DNA of 64,000 bases from an uncultured Candidatus Saccharibacteria bacterium (GTDB lineage Bacteria > Patescibacteriota > Saccharimonadia > CAILAD01 > GCA-016700035): the NCBI GenBank assembly GCA_964391595.1, contig CAYMMM010000002.1, positions 16,843-80,842 of the forward strand. The letters run 5' to 3'. Below the pieces are notes generated by a model. The model searched no databases. It was not told the origin of the DNA and worked only from the letters and a program-made list of their open reading frames with translations. A program made the position numbers and the translations under genes. Every line of letters starts with the position of its first letter. The stretch's first letter is position 1. Below, in pieces: positions 28,135-37,677 of the stretch.

Positions 28135-30225
28135 CTACACTTCAATCACGACAGGGAGCACGATCGGATTACGCTTTGTCACCTTGAAGAGGTAGTTGGC
28201 GATCTCGTCACGCATGCGCGTCTTGATGATCAGCGAGTTGGCAGGCAATGCCTTGTCGCGCTTATCAAAGATATTTTGCACAATCTGACGGCTCTTCTGT
28301 ACCAGCTCGACGTTATCCTTCATATAGATAAAGCCACGCGAAATGATGTCAGGACTCGTAGCGAGCTTACCGGTCTTCTTGTCGACCGTAGCAACCGCCA
28401 TAAAGACTCCACTCTCACTCATCGCAAGGCGGTCCTTCAAAACAATCTCTTGTACATCGCCGATACCCGCACCATCAATCAATACAGAACCTGCCTGCAC
28501 CTTCGGGCCTTCTTTGACGCCCTTGTCGTCCGCGATCAGGGTCTGCCCATCTTCGATCACGAATACATTGCTATCAGCGATACCTTCGGTCAACGCGATT
28601 GCCGCGTTGTGGAACATGTGGTGCATCTCACCGTGGATCGGCAAGTAGTACTTCGGTCGTACGAGCTGGATCATTTCCTTGATCTCATCAACGCTTGCGT
28701 GACCTGAGGTATGCATAGTCCCGAGGTCATCGATCGAAGCGGTCGCTGGTTGATACACATACGTACCCCAGCGGAAGAGATTGTCGACCATACCCCAAAC
28801 CGACTTCTCGTTACCTGGGATGATAGAAGCAGAAAGCACTACGACGTCAGTCCCCTTCAGCTTCACATCGCGGTGGTCGCCAGTACCCATACGCTGGAGT
28901 GCTGAGAATGTTTCTCCCTGTGAGCCAGTAGATACAACAACAAGCTGACCATCGGAGTATTTCTCCATATCACGTGCCTTGATAAGCAAGCCAGCAGGGA
29001 TTTTCACGTACCCCAGCTTGACCGACAGTTCAAGGTTGTTGAGCATGCTGCGTCCGACTACCACGAGCTTACGCTTGGCTTTAGCTACCGCATCAATGAT
29101 GATCTGCATACGCGTAATCTGACTCGAGAAAGCTGCAATAATGACACGCTTGTTGTAGTTGCGTACAAAGATCTCGTCGATCGTGTCGACAATTTCGCTC
29201 TCAGAAGCCGACCGGCCGGTCTTCTCACAGCTCGTCGAGTCACACATGAGCATCAATACACCTTCGTCGCCGATCTCTTTGAGCCGCTGCTTATCTGATG
29301 GCTTACCGTCGATGGGATTTTCTTCAAAACGCCAGTCACCGGTGTTAATGATCGTACCGACAGGAGTACGGATGACGAGTGAGCACGCATCTGGAATGGA
29401 GTGCGTGATACGCAAGAACTCGACATTAAATGCACCGAGTTGAATGCGATCGTGTTTATCTTGATCAATAATGTGTAGCTCTGGCTTAAACGGCAGACGA
29501 TATTCTTCGAGTTTGCGCTCGATGAATTTGATCGTAAACTTCGCAGCATAGATCGGGGCAGGGATCTTCGGCAGCAAGAACGGAATGCCTCCTACATGAT
29601 CCTCGTGAGCGTGCGTGATAAAGATTCCTTTAATCTTATGCTTACGCTGTTCGAGATAGGTTACATCTGGCACAACGAGATCGATGCCTGGTTGGTCATC
29701 ACCAGGAAAGGAGAAGCCCATGTCCATGATGATGATATCGTCCTCGTATTCGAGCGCCATGATATTTTTACCAATTTGATTCAGGCCACCGAGCGGAATG
29801 ATCTTCAGCTTACCCGCATCAGTCTTGCTGACACCAGGCACAGCGACGCCAGCTGGCTTCGCCGCACCATTGCCGTTCGTATTGAAGCTACCTGTCACAA
29901 AGGTCTGCGGACCTTTTGGCATACGCATACGAGGCGGTCGACCCAGCCCCCCACGCTCACCACGCTGACCGTTGTTCTTGCCATTGCCGTTACGCCCGCG
30001 CTGCTGCCCCTGTTGGCCTGTTCGTGCCTGGCCTTGAGAGCGGTTTGCATTCGCCCGGCTTTGACCCGCGCCTCGATTACTCGAGCGCGTGATTGACCCA
30101 GCTGCCTGCTCTTGATTCTGTCGAGCTGGACGACTTGATCCTGATTTGTCTGATTGTTTTGATTGTGCCGATGGTTTCGGCATATCGTCGGCCGATAATG
30201 GTCGACTTGTTAGTTTGTCTGGCAT
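28135..30225 (-). CDS. rnj: Ribonuclease J (metallo-beta-lactamase/beta-CASP) with a ~135-aa Arg/Gly/Gln-rich N-terminal extension
   Basis: Core begins KLKIIPLGGLNQIGKN and carries the HAHEDHVGG motif plus a beta-CASP region. The N-terminus ahead of the core is low-complexity (QGQQRGRNGNGKNNGQRGERGG). Confidence 0.9.
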   Translation of the reverse strand: MPDKLTSRPLSADDMPKPSAQSKQSDKSGSSRPARQNQEQAAGSITRSSNRGAGQSRANANRSQGQARTGQQGQQRGRNGNGKNNGQRGERGGLGRPPRMRMPKGPQTFVTGSFNTNGNGAAKPAGVAVPGVSKTDAGKLKIIPLGGLNQIGKNIMALEYEDDIIIMDMGFSFPGDDQPGIDLVVPDVTYLEQRKHKIKGIFITHAHEDHVGGIPFLLPKIPAPIYAAKFTIKFIERKLEEYRLPFKPELHIIDQDKHDRIQLGAFNVEFLRITHSIPDACSLVIRTPVGTIINTGDWRFEENPIDGKPSDKQRLKEIGDEGVLMLMCDSTSCEKTGRSASESEIVDTIDEIFVRNYNKRVIIAAFSSQITRMQIIIDAVAKAKRKLVVVGRSMLNNLELSVKLGYVKIPAGLLIKARDMEKYSDGQLVVVSTGSQGETFSALQRMGTGDHRDVKLKGTDVVVLSASIIPGNEKSVWGMVDNLFRWGTYVYQPATASIDDLGTMHTSGHASVDEIKEMIQLVRPKYYLPIHGEMHHMFHNAAIALTEGIADSNVFVIEDGQTLIADDKGVKEGPKVQAGSVLIDGAGIGDVQEIVLKDRLAMSESGVFMAVATVDKKTGKLATSPDIISRGFIYMKDNVELVQKSRQIVQNIFDKRDKALPANSLIIKTRMRDEIANYLFKVTKRNPIVLPVVIEV

Positions 30226-30267
30226 AGTTTTCCTTTCTTATACCAATTGGTTTTAATGAATAAAAGC

Positions 30268-30882
30268 TTAGGTTAGTTTCCGAAGGAGATCTGGAATCTT
30301 TGAGAAGTCTTCCTTCAGGGTTTCGCGCATACCGCCATTATAGAGGGCAGCTGCAGGGTGGTAGAGCGGCAAGAAGATTTGAGTGCGCTTCTTCCCAGCA
30401 TGCGCATAAACGCGTTTGGTGGGCTGACCATGCACTTCACTAATCTTCTTCTCGGGCAAGAATACCGACATCGAGTGGCGCCCAAGAAATGCCACGATCT
30501 TTGGATTAATGATGTCGATTTGCTCTAAGAGGTACGGGAGGCAGGCTTGGATTTCGTCAGGAAGTGGGTCGCGATTCTTCGGCGGTCGATATTTCACGAT
30601 ATTCGTGATGTAGACTTCTTCTCTAGTCAGGCCAATGGACTCAAGCATTTCTGCTAAGAATTTGCCGGACGCTCCAACAAATGGCCGACCCTGACGGTCT
30701 TCCTCTGCCCCGGGGGCTTCACCCACAAACATAATGTCTGCTTCTGGGTCACCCTCGCCGGGCACAGGATTGGTCACTGATTTACATAATTCGGTGCATA
30801 CTTCACACGAGGCTATGCGGGCGGCGATTTGATCAAGTCGTTCTATTTTTGTAAGTCTTTGAACACTATCGTCGCCTATCAT
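30268..30882 (-). CDS. udg: Uracil-DNA glycosylase, family 4
   Basis: GEAPGAEEDRQGRPFVGASGKFL is the family-4 motif. N-terminal Cys ligands (CEVCTELC) indicate an Fe-S cluster. Confidence 0.8.
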   Translation of the reverse strand: MIGDDSVQRLTKIERLDQIAARIASCEVCTELCKSVTNPVPGEGDPEADIMFVGEAPGAEEDRQGRPFVGASGKFLAEMLESIGLTREEVYITNIVKYRPPKNRDPLPDEIQACLPYLLEQIDIINPKIVAFLGRHSMSVFLPEKKISEVHGQPTKRVYAHAGKKRTQIFLPLYHPAAALYNGGMRETLKEDFSKIPDLLRKLT

Positions 30883-30889
30883 TTTTTGC

Positions 30890-33031
30890 CTACTTTGATT
30901 GAGCAGCTTTTTTACTCAAATTGAACCTTCCTTTGTCGTCTTTTTCGAGCAGTTTCACCTTAATCTTATCACCTTCATTGAGTTCATCGCTCACTTTTTC
31001 GACACGATGATCGGCAATCTGACTAATGTGTACCAACCCTTCTCGACCAGGCATAAACTCAACGAAAGCACCAAATTCCATAAGCTTCACTACGGTGCCA
31101 TCATATATCTTCCCCACTTCCGGATCAGCCGTGATTGACTCGATCCACTCTTTGGCACGAGCAGCTTTTTCAGCATCTTCAGAATAGATCATGACTAAGC
31201 CAGAATCTTCAATATCTATCTGAGTATCGGTCTCTTCAGTAATCCTATGGATAGTCTCTCCGCCCTTACCAATGACTTCCTTAATCTTCTCTGGATTGAT
31301 AGTGATCTTTGTAATGCGCGGAGCAAATGGTGACATCTCGGAGCGCACTTCTGGGAGAATCTTCATCATTTCGCCCAAGATATGTGCGCGTCCTTCCTTA
31401 GCCTGCGCTAATGCGTCACGCATGATATCAACCGTAATGCCTTTCACCTTGATATCCATCTGGAGTGCAGTAATGCCCTCGCTTGATCCAGCTACCTTGA
31501 AGTCCATATCACCGGCAAAATCTTCGGCCCCCTGAATATCAGACAGAATGATGTACTTCCCTGGGTTCGCATGATCGATCACCAAGCCCATAGCGATGCC
31601 TGATATTGGCCGCTTGAGCGGCACGCCGGCGTCCATGAGTGAGAGGGTGGAGCCGCAAACCGAAGCCATGCTGGTAGAGCCATTTGAGCTCAAGATTTCG
31701 GACACCACGCGTATAGCGTACGGGAAGTCTTCCATAGCTGGGATCATTGGCTCGAGCGCGCGCTCCGCGAGTGCCCCATGGCCAATCTCGCGACGACCCG
31801 TGCCACGCAATGGTCGAGCTTCACCGGTAGAGTATGGCGGGAAGTTATAGTGATGCATGTAGCGTTTACTGGTGTCTTCTTCCATCGTATCAATCAACTG
31901 TGCAAAACTGGTTGGAGCAAGCGTCGTCAGGGTAAGAGCCTGTGTGGTGCCGCGTGTAAAGATAGCTGAGCCATGAGTACGTGGAAGCACACCAGCTGCA
32001 CCTGAGATTGGGCGAATTTCGGTCGTCTTACGTTGATCTGGGCGCTCACCGTCCTCGAGAATTGCCCGTCGAATCTCATTATCAATTGCCTTCGTAAACG
32101 CCTCTTTGACTTGCCCAGCCGGAAAACGCTCTTTATCGTCTTCCATCTCTGCCGGCAATGGACCAAATTCGGTCAGCACAGCCTCGCGCAGCTCATTTAT
32201 GGAGTCTTGACGCTTCAGGCCATCAGTATGGCGCACGTATTGACCAAGCTTACCATCGAGAAACTGCTCGATCTTAGCAGTGAGCTCTTCATCAGCCTTG
32301 AAGAGGTCATATTTTTGTGGCTGTACACCCATCTCTTTGACCATTTGCTCTTGAAGCTCAATAACAGGTCGCCATGAGTCAATCGAAAGCTGCAGTGCCT
32401 CGAGCATAGTATCCTCACTCACCTCTTGTGCGCCTGCCTCGACCATCATAATGGCATCCTTTGTCCCAGCGACAGTGAGGTTGAGCGTACTACTCTCCTG
32501 CTCACTATTTGTTGGGAATGGCACGAGCTTACCATCGATCTGCGCTATGCGAATCCCAGCAACCGGACCTTCAAATGGCGCACCAGTCAGCATCAAGGCA
32601 CTTGACGCTGCAATGATCCCAATAATGTCTGGTTCGTGCTCCATATCAACTGAGAGCGGCATCACAACAACTTGGACGTCATTACGATAGCCCTTTGGAA
32701 ACAATGGCCGAATTGGTCGGTCGATTAGGCGGCAGGTCAGAATAGCCTTCTCACTTGGTCGACCTTCACGCTTGATGAAGCGACTGCCGGAAATCTTGCC
32801 GGCAGCATACATGCGCTCTTCGTAATCAATTAAGAGCGGGAAGAAGTCTTGATCTGGCTTTGGCTCTGGTGCAACAACCGCTGAAGCAAATACCACGGTA
32901 TCACCGTAACGCACGGTCACTGCTCCAGTTGCTAAGAAGGCCAGATTGCCGGTCTCGATAGTCAGTTTTTTACCTGCAAATTCAGCTTCAAAGGTGGCTT
33001 GCTTACCACCAAACGGATGAATGATATTCAT
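30890..33031 (-). CDS. pnp: Polynucleotide phosphorylase
   Basis: 713 aa: two RNase PH domains, a KH domain, and a C-terminal S1 domain (GKIYDGTVVKLMEFGAFVEF). Confidence 0.95.
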   Translation of the reverse strand: MNIIHPFGGKQATFEAEFAGKKLTIETGNLAFLATGAVTVRYGDTVVFASAVVAPEPKPDQDFFPLLIDYEERMYAAGKISGSRFIKREGRPSEKAILTCRLIDRPIRPLFPKGYRNDVQVVVMPLSVDMEHEPDIIGIIAASSALMLTGAPFEGPVAGIRIAQIDGKLVPFPTNSEQESSTLNLTVAGTKDAIMMVEAGAQEVSEDTMLEALQLSIDSWRPVIELQEQMVKEMGVQPQKYDLFKADEELTAKIEQFLDGKLGQYVRHTDGLKRQDSINELREAVLTEFGPLPAEMEDDKERFPAGQVKEAFTKAIDNEIRRAILEDGERPDQRKTTEIRPISGAAGVLPRTHGSAIFTRGTTQALTLTTLAPTSFAQLIDTMEEDTSKRYMHHYNFPPYSTGEARPLRGTGRREIGHGALAERALEPMIPAMEDFPYAIRVVSEILSSNGSTSMASVCGSTLSLMDAGVPLKRPISGIAMGLVIDHANPGKYIILSDIQGAEDFAGDMDFKVAGSSEGITALQMDIKVKGITVDIMRDALAQAKEGRAHILGEMMKILPEVRSEMSPFAPRITKITINPEKIKEVIGKGGETIHRITEETDTQIDIEDSGLVMIYSEDAEKAARAKEWIESITADPEVGKIYDGTVVKLMEFGAFVEFMPGREGLVHISQIADHRVEKVSDELNEGDKIKVKLLEKDDKGRFNLSKKAAQSK

Positions 33032-33345
33032 GTGTATCCTTATATTCTTTCTCTAAGCTGCACCGACTCTTTGTCAGGTGCCAGAGAACATATGACCAAG
33101 GCGTCCTTGACGCGTGATCCTATCTACTCTTTCACCTGCACTATGATATGCAGCCGCAAGTTATTAATTATTCATGCATGTATTTTACTACAAAATACGC
33201 ATGATCGTTAGTTTCTGGGGTTAAGACGTAGTATACGGTGATGAAGTGCAAGGCGACCTTGATGAACGAACCGAACCGTACACAACAGTACGACGAAGGA
33301 GCACCGCAGAAGCCAACACTGCAATTCGCACCGTATGTGCGTCGA

Positions 33346-33615
33346 TTAACGGCGGAGTTTGAGCTTCTTCACAATAGCTTCGTACCGCTCCTGTGAAGAC
33401 TTCTGTAAGTAGTCGAGCAATCGACGGCGCTTCGAGACCATAGCCAAAAGACCACGACGGCTATGGTTGTCTTGCTTGTGCTTCTTGAGGTGATCTGTTA
33501 GCTGAGCGATCTTTTCTGTGAAAATCGCAATCTGAACCTCAGCAGAGCCGGTGTCCTGTGCATGCTGACCGTGTTTTTTGACCAATGATTTTTTGTCGAG
33601 TTGTGTTGTAGTCAT
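33346..33615 (-). CDS. rpsO: 30S ribosomal protein S15
   Basis: 89 aa ([37 protein letters not shown]). Confidence 0.9.
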   Translation of the reverse strand: MTTTQLDKKSLVKKHGQHAQDTGSAEVQIAIFTEKIAQLTDHLKKHKQDNHSRRGLLAMVSKRRRLLDYLQKSSQERYEAIVKKLKLRR

Positions 33616-33633
33616 AATAGTTTACTCAGTATA

Positions 33634-34299
33634 TCAGATAGGGTGAATATTTTCAAGAGCTACCGCGTCTTGTACATCATACTCACCTATTTTCGTACGG
33701 CGTAGAGCGCTGAGATGTGCCCCAGTGCCTAGCTGACCACCTATATCGCGCGCCAGTGATCGAATATAGGTACCGCTCGATACTTTGACTGTCGCGCGTA
33801 TAAATGGATACAGGTATTCAACATCACACCAGTGATAGACCGTAACCGGCCGTGAGTCGAGCTTCACTTCTTTGCCCTTACGCGCCAGTTTGTATGCACG
33901 CTGCCCACCAATTTTCATAGCACTATAGATAGGCGGAGTCTGCATGATCTCTCCAGTCAATGTATGTAGAGCCTCTTGAACCTCTTCTCGAGTAGGCTGC
34001 CGATCACTTACTTGAGAGAGCTCTCCTTCGAGATCATCTGTCGTAGTATTTGCCCCCAACGTTACTTCGAGTCGATATTCTTTGTCTTGCTTCAGAAGCG
34101 ATTCAGCCTGCCGAGTATACTCTTTTCCCACGAGAAGAAGGAGTAGGCCCGTAGCGAGCGGGTCAAGGGTACCAGCGTGTCCAACTTTCTTGACGCCGGT
34201 AAGCTTCCTCAGCGCCGCTACCGCCCAAAACGAACTCTTTTTGTAGGGCTTATCAACGAGCCAGAGGCCGTGTGGTTCAGTCAGTGTACCGCGCTTCAT
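33634..34299 (-). CDS. truB: tRNA pseudouridine(55) synthase TruB
   Basis: GHAGTLDPLATGLL is the catalytic Asp motif. Sits between the DHH phosphoesterase gene and rpsO, the typical arrangement. Confidence 0.9.
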   Translation of the reverse strand: MKRGTLTEPHGLWLVDKPYKKSSFWAVAALRKLTGVKKVGHAGTLDPLATGLLLLLVGKEYTRQAESLLKQDKEYRLEVTLGANTTTDDLEGELSQVSDRQPTREEVQEALHTLTGEIMQTPPIYSAMKIGGQRAYKLARKGKEVKLDSRPVTVYHWCDVEYLYPFIRATVKVSSGTYIRSLARDIGGQLGTGAHLSALRRTKIGEYDVQDAVALENIHPI

Positions 34300-34343
34300 A
34301 ATGAATACAAATAGTATGCGCTTATTGTGTAAATATTACGAGA

Positions 34344-35261
34344 CTACTGTACCGCTTGCACAGCTGGAATTGGCTGTTCTTGGCCGTTTTCGAGAGCGCC
34401 ATCAGATTGCTTAAGCTGTTCGGCTGCTGCCTGGAGCTGCTGGATAGTTTCGCTTGGCAATGCTTGGGCGACTGTTTTTGGGGCAGGTTTTTCTGCAGGC
34501 TTTGGAGCACTATACAAGACTTTTACAATCTCTTGCTGTCGTGCGCCATTACTCATAAGCTGCGCTGCCATGGTGAGAGATTTTGCGGTCGTAGATGCGG
34601 TAGTAAAACGATTTGTCGTAGACATTATGCCCGCAAGCAATGCCGTAGCAATATCTGCGTTCATGAGGCCACTGCCAATCGAGTCGATTGTACCAATTAG
34701 CATCTCACATACGCTTGTCGCATTTTGATCTACATAATTCACACTACCATACTGCTCATTCGAACGATGATAATCGTAATTTATCAGGTGGAGACCATCA
34801 AATAGCGTCGGATTCTGTTCAAGTAGTGCATCGATCTTGGCAATACCCGGCACCCCGACTACGACCACGAGATCAAACTGAAATGCACCATAGGAATAGC
34901 TCGCATCGGACGCAGTGAAATTGCCGGCATGAGGAGTAATCGTAACGTTGAGCTTGCCATCTGCAATATCATACTTAAGCTTCTCTACTTCGGCATTCGC
35001 CAGATCTAGAGAAATAATAAAGTCGCGCACACCATCCAATGTCTTCGAGACTTTACTCACATCCACTACGCCCGTCGCAGTAGGCAAATCGTCAGTAATA
35101 ACGGCATGCGCTTTCTTACCTGCTGCAAGCAACGCTGACTGCAAGGCAAACACACCCATTACCTGATCCAGGGATGGCTGACGTCCTGTTACTATGAGCA
35201 CGCTTTGAGCTTGCTTAAAAAGCTCTGAAGCTTGCTGCTTTGGAGTGATTTCGTTATTCAT
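34344..35261 (-). CDS. nrnA: DHH-family phosphoesterase (NrnA-like oligoribonuclease/pAp phosphatase)
   Basis: DHH/DHHA1 architecture. The position upstream of truB-rpsO-pnp is conserved. Confidence 0.7.
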   Translation of the reverse strand: MNNEITPKQQASELFKQAQSVLIVTGRQPSLDQVMGVFALQSALLAAGKKAHAVITDDLPTATGVVDVSKVSKTLDGVRDFIISLDLANAEVEKLKYDIADGKLNVTITPHAGNFTASDASYSYGAFQFDLVVVVGVPGIAKIDALLEQNPTLFDGLHLINYDYHRSNEQYGSVNYVDQNATSVCEMLIGTIDSIGSGLMNADIATALLAGIMSTTNRFTTASTTAKSLTMAAQLMSNGARQQEIVKVLYSAPKPAEKPAPKTVAQALPSETIQQLQAAAEQLKQSDGALENGQEQPIPAVQAVQ

Positions 35262-35372
35262 ATCTGTATAATTCTACTCAGAGAATATGTTATTCTACCT
35301 GATTTAAATATCATTGTCAATAGCTTAAGCATTTTTAGTGCATACTTTGAGATATAGTCCAAGTCCTTTCTT

Positions 35373-35401
35373 TTGACAAATCTCCAGGTTTACGCTATGA
35401 T
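35373..35401 (+). promoter_or_regulatory. Putative sigma-70 promoter of rpsT
   Basis: TTGACA (35373-35378), a 17-nt spacer, and TATGAT (35396-35401). The ~75-nt leader contains the hairpin GGTCT-tgctccttcg-AGACC, and an SD (AAGGA) lies 7 nt before the ATG. Confidence 0.55.
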
Positions 35402-35480
35402 ACGGCGGTCTTGCTCCTTCGAGACCTCATATGTCAGATATCGAAGTGACGCCAAACTTTCTTAAATAAGGACACAATCA

Positions 35481-35834
35481 ATGCCAATTATCAAATCAGC
35501 GATCAAGCGAGTACGTCAGCAGGCAAAGCGCCAATCACGCAACCTTGCTGCCAAACGACGCATCAAAGCCTCTACCAAGGCTACTTTGAGTGCAGTTGCC
35601 GCAAAGGATCTCAACACCGCCAAAGAATCACTTACCAAGGCTATCTCGCAGATAGACAAAGCGGTCAAGAAAGGCACACTCCACAAAAATACAGGTGCAC
35701 GCCGCAAGAGCGCCCTCACGCGCTCATACAATCAAGCAAGCGACACTGCGTTCGGCACAGAAGGCGCTTCAAGCAAAAAAGCTGCTAAGCCAGTAGCTAA
35801 GAAGCCTGTGGCTAAAAAACCAGCCAGCAAGTAA
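35481..35834 (+). CDS. rpsT: 30S ribosomal protein S20 with an Ala/Lys-rich C-terminal extension
   Basis: MPIIKSAIKRVRQQAKRQSRNLAAKRR is the S20 N-terminus. The tail reads AKPVAKKPVAKKPASK. Confidence 0.9.
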   Translation: MPIIKSAIKRVRQQAKRQSRNLAAKRRIKASTKATLSAVAAKDLNTAKESLTKAISQIDKAVKKGTLHKNTGARRKSALTRSYNQASDTAFGTEGASSKKAAKPVAKKPVAKKPASK

Positions 35835-35836
35835 TC

Positions 35837-36769
35837 TCAGCGAGAAGCTAAGCTAAGCACCAGATCAGTCATGGCCTGGTGCGGTTTTTTTAGGCCTGAT
35901 TTTATTGCCATATCCGCGTCTAGCAAGTCCTGATAACTCAGTGCAAGGTACGCATCCGAGCACTGCTGCGCCTCTTGCTTTGCCCTCGTAGCAGCCGATG
36001 ACTTAACTCCACACGCAGTCAACTCGCCAGTGGTAGCACCAAAATGCACCAACACTAATACTCGAAAATGCCACTGCAATGTAGCCAGGATTTGCTGCTC
36101 ATTACCGCCGGCACCCATCAGCTCGTCGTACCGCCGAAGTGCATCCTGAGGTGCGTGTCGTCGCAGAGCTGCGATGAGATCAAAAATCGAGCTTGATGGG
36201 TCGGCTGCGACTATTTCATCGACCAGAGCCTTCGTTATCTCTCCCCCATCCGCTCCAGCAGCAAGCTTAGCCAGCTCATGTGCGAGTCGCCACTGTGCGT
36301 CTGTGTGCGTTCCTACTCGTTGTATGAGGTACTGAGCAACCGGTCGGCTAAGCACCGCGTCGAGCCCTTTCGCCTCACGCTGAGCCCAGGTAATCATCTG
36401 GGATTCGGTAAGTTGTTCATATATTTTGGCAGAAGGAAGTGCCGCCAATCTCTTATACAACCGAGATCTTCGATCCAGGCCACGACCATCAAGCACTGCA
36501 ACCGTTGATTCGGGTGTTCGTTCGAGTACCGGCATTAATATATCAGGATCGATCTTACCCGCTCCTAGTGCGTGGACTATGAGAAGCCGGTGTGTAAAAA
36601 ACATAGGTGTCGCCATCAGTTGCTGCTCAAGCTGCGGTATTGTCATCTCACTCAAATCACACTCTACCATCTCAAGTGCATCGGTGTACTTCTGGACGTA
36701 CTGTTTACGCAGTTTTTGCAGATGTTGCACGATTGCGTAATCATTATTCCCGCCTAAGAAAACAATCAT
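35837..36769 (-). CDS. holA: DNA polymerase III delta subunit (HolA-like)
   Basis: 310 aa with a delta-like N-terminus; overlaps the fpg stop codon by 4 bp. Confidence 0.65.
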   Translation of the reverse strand: MIVFLGGNNDYAIVQHLQKLRKQYVQKYTDALEMVECDLSEMTIPQLEQQLMATPMFFTHRLLIVHALGAGKIDPDILMPVLERTPESTVAVLDGRGLDRRSRLYKRLAALPSAKIYEQLTESQMITWAQREAKGLDAVLSRPVAQYLIQRVGTHTDAQWRLAHELAKLAAGADGGEITKALVDEIVAADPSSSIFDLIAALRRHAPQDALRRYDELMGAGGNEQQILATLQWHFRVLVLVHFGATTGELTACGVKSSAATRAKQEAQQCSDAYLALSYQDLLDADMAIKSGLKKPHQAMTDLVLSLASR

Positions 36770-37659
36770 TTCTTCACCTCGATCTGACAGTGCGGGCAGA
36801 TATGTGTCCCCCGTCCGGCTACACGCAATTTTATGAGTGGTGCACTACAACGCTCACAGGGTTGACCTTCACGCCGGAACACCTTCGCAAATGTCAGATA
36901 GCTCCCTTTCTTGCCCTCTGCATCAACGTAATTCTTATCACTGGATCCGCCAAGTGAAATCGAGAGCTGCATCACCTCACGCAGCGCTTCATAAAGACGC
37001 TTCAACTTTACAGTACTAACCCGCTCGACAAGAGTAGCTGGATGGATCCGAGCCGCATACAAACCTTCATCAGCATAGATATTTCCTACCCCAGCCATCA
37101 CCGATTGATCCATGATGGCAGCCTTGATGCTTGTACGCTTGCGGCGCATGAGGCGCAATCTAAAGCTTTCAAAAGTAAAGTCCGGGCTCAGCATTTCTGG
37201 CCCCAACTTCGCGATAAAACTGTCCTCTGCTACCTTCGCTGTCTCGACAAGTTTCATCCAGCCAAACTTACGCTGGTCATTAAAGAACAACTTAGAACCA
37301 TCCTCGAAACTGATACTCACTCTCGTACTCCTATCCGGTAGCCTGCCTATAAGACTATCGGTCGGATGACCGCCGCCGAAACCTTCCCGCGCCCCTGTCT
37401 TCGTATGAAAGCGGAACACCAGCTGCCCCGTCATCTTGAGATGTATCAGGAGTGAATAGCCCGTATCGAGACCAATAATTAAACCTTTACCGCGTCGATC
37501 GACATCAGTAATCTTAGCGCCAATCATCTGTGAGTCCACGACTTCCGGATCGTTTGGAAAACTCTTTGGCGTCTCCACTTCTACCGAGGTGATAATTAAC
37601 CCCGGCAGCATCGAAAGTAAGCCCAGTCGAATCGTCTCTACTTCTGGAAGTTCAGGCAT
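36766..37659 (-). CDS. mutM: Formamidopyrimidine-DNA glycosylase (Fpg/MutM)
   Basis: MPELPEVETIR N-terminus with catalytic Pro2, an H2TH domain, and a C-terminal zinc finger (CERCSAPL...CPHCQ). Confidence 0.9.
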   Translation of the reverse strand: MPELPEVETIRLGLLSMLPGLIITSVEVETPKSFPNDPEVVDSQMIGAKITDVDRRGKGLIIGLDTGYSLLIHLKMTGQLVFRFHTKTGAREGFGGGHPTDSLIGRLPDRSTRVSISFEDGSKLFFNDQRKFGWMKLVETAKVAEDSFIAKLGPEMLSPDFTFESFRLRLMRRKRTSIKAAIMDQSVMAGVGNIYADEGLYAARIHPATLVERVSTVKLKRLYEALREVMQLSISLGGSSDKNYVDAEGKKGSYLTFAKVFRREGQPCERCSAPLIKLRVAGRGTHICPHCQIEVKK

Positions 37660-37677
37660 CCATCCCCCAGTCGGCGA

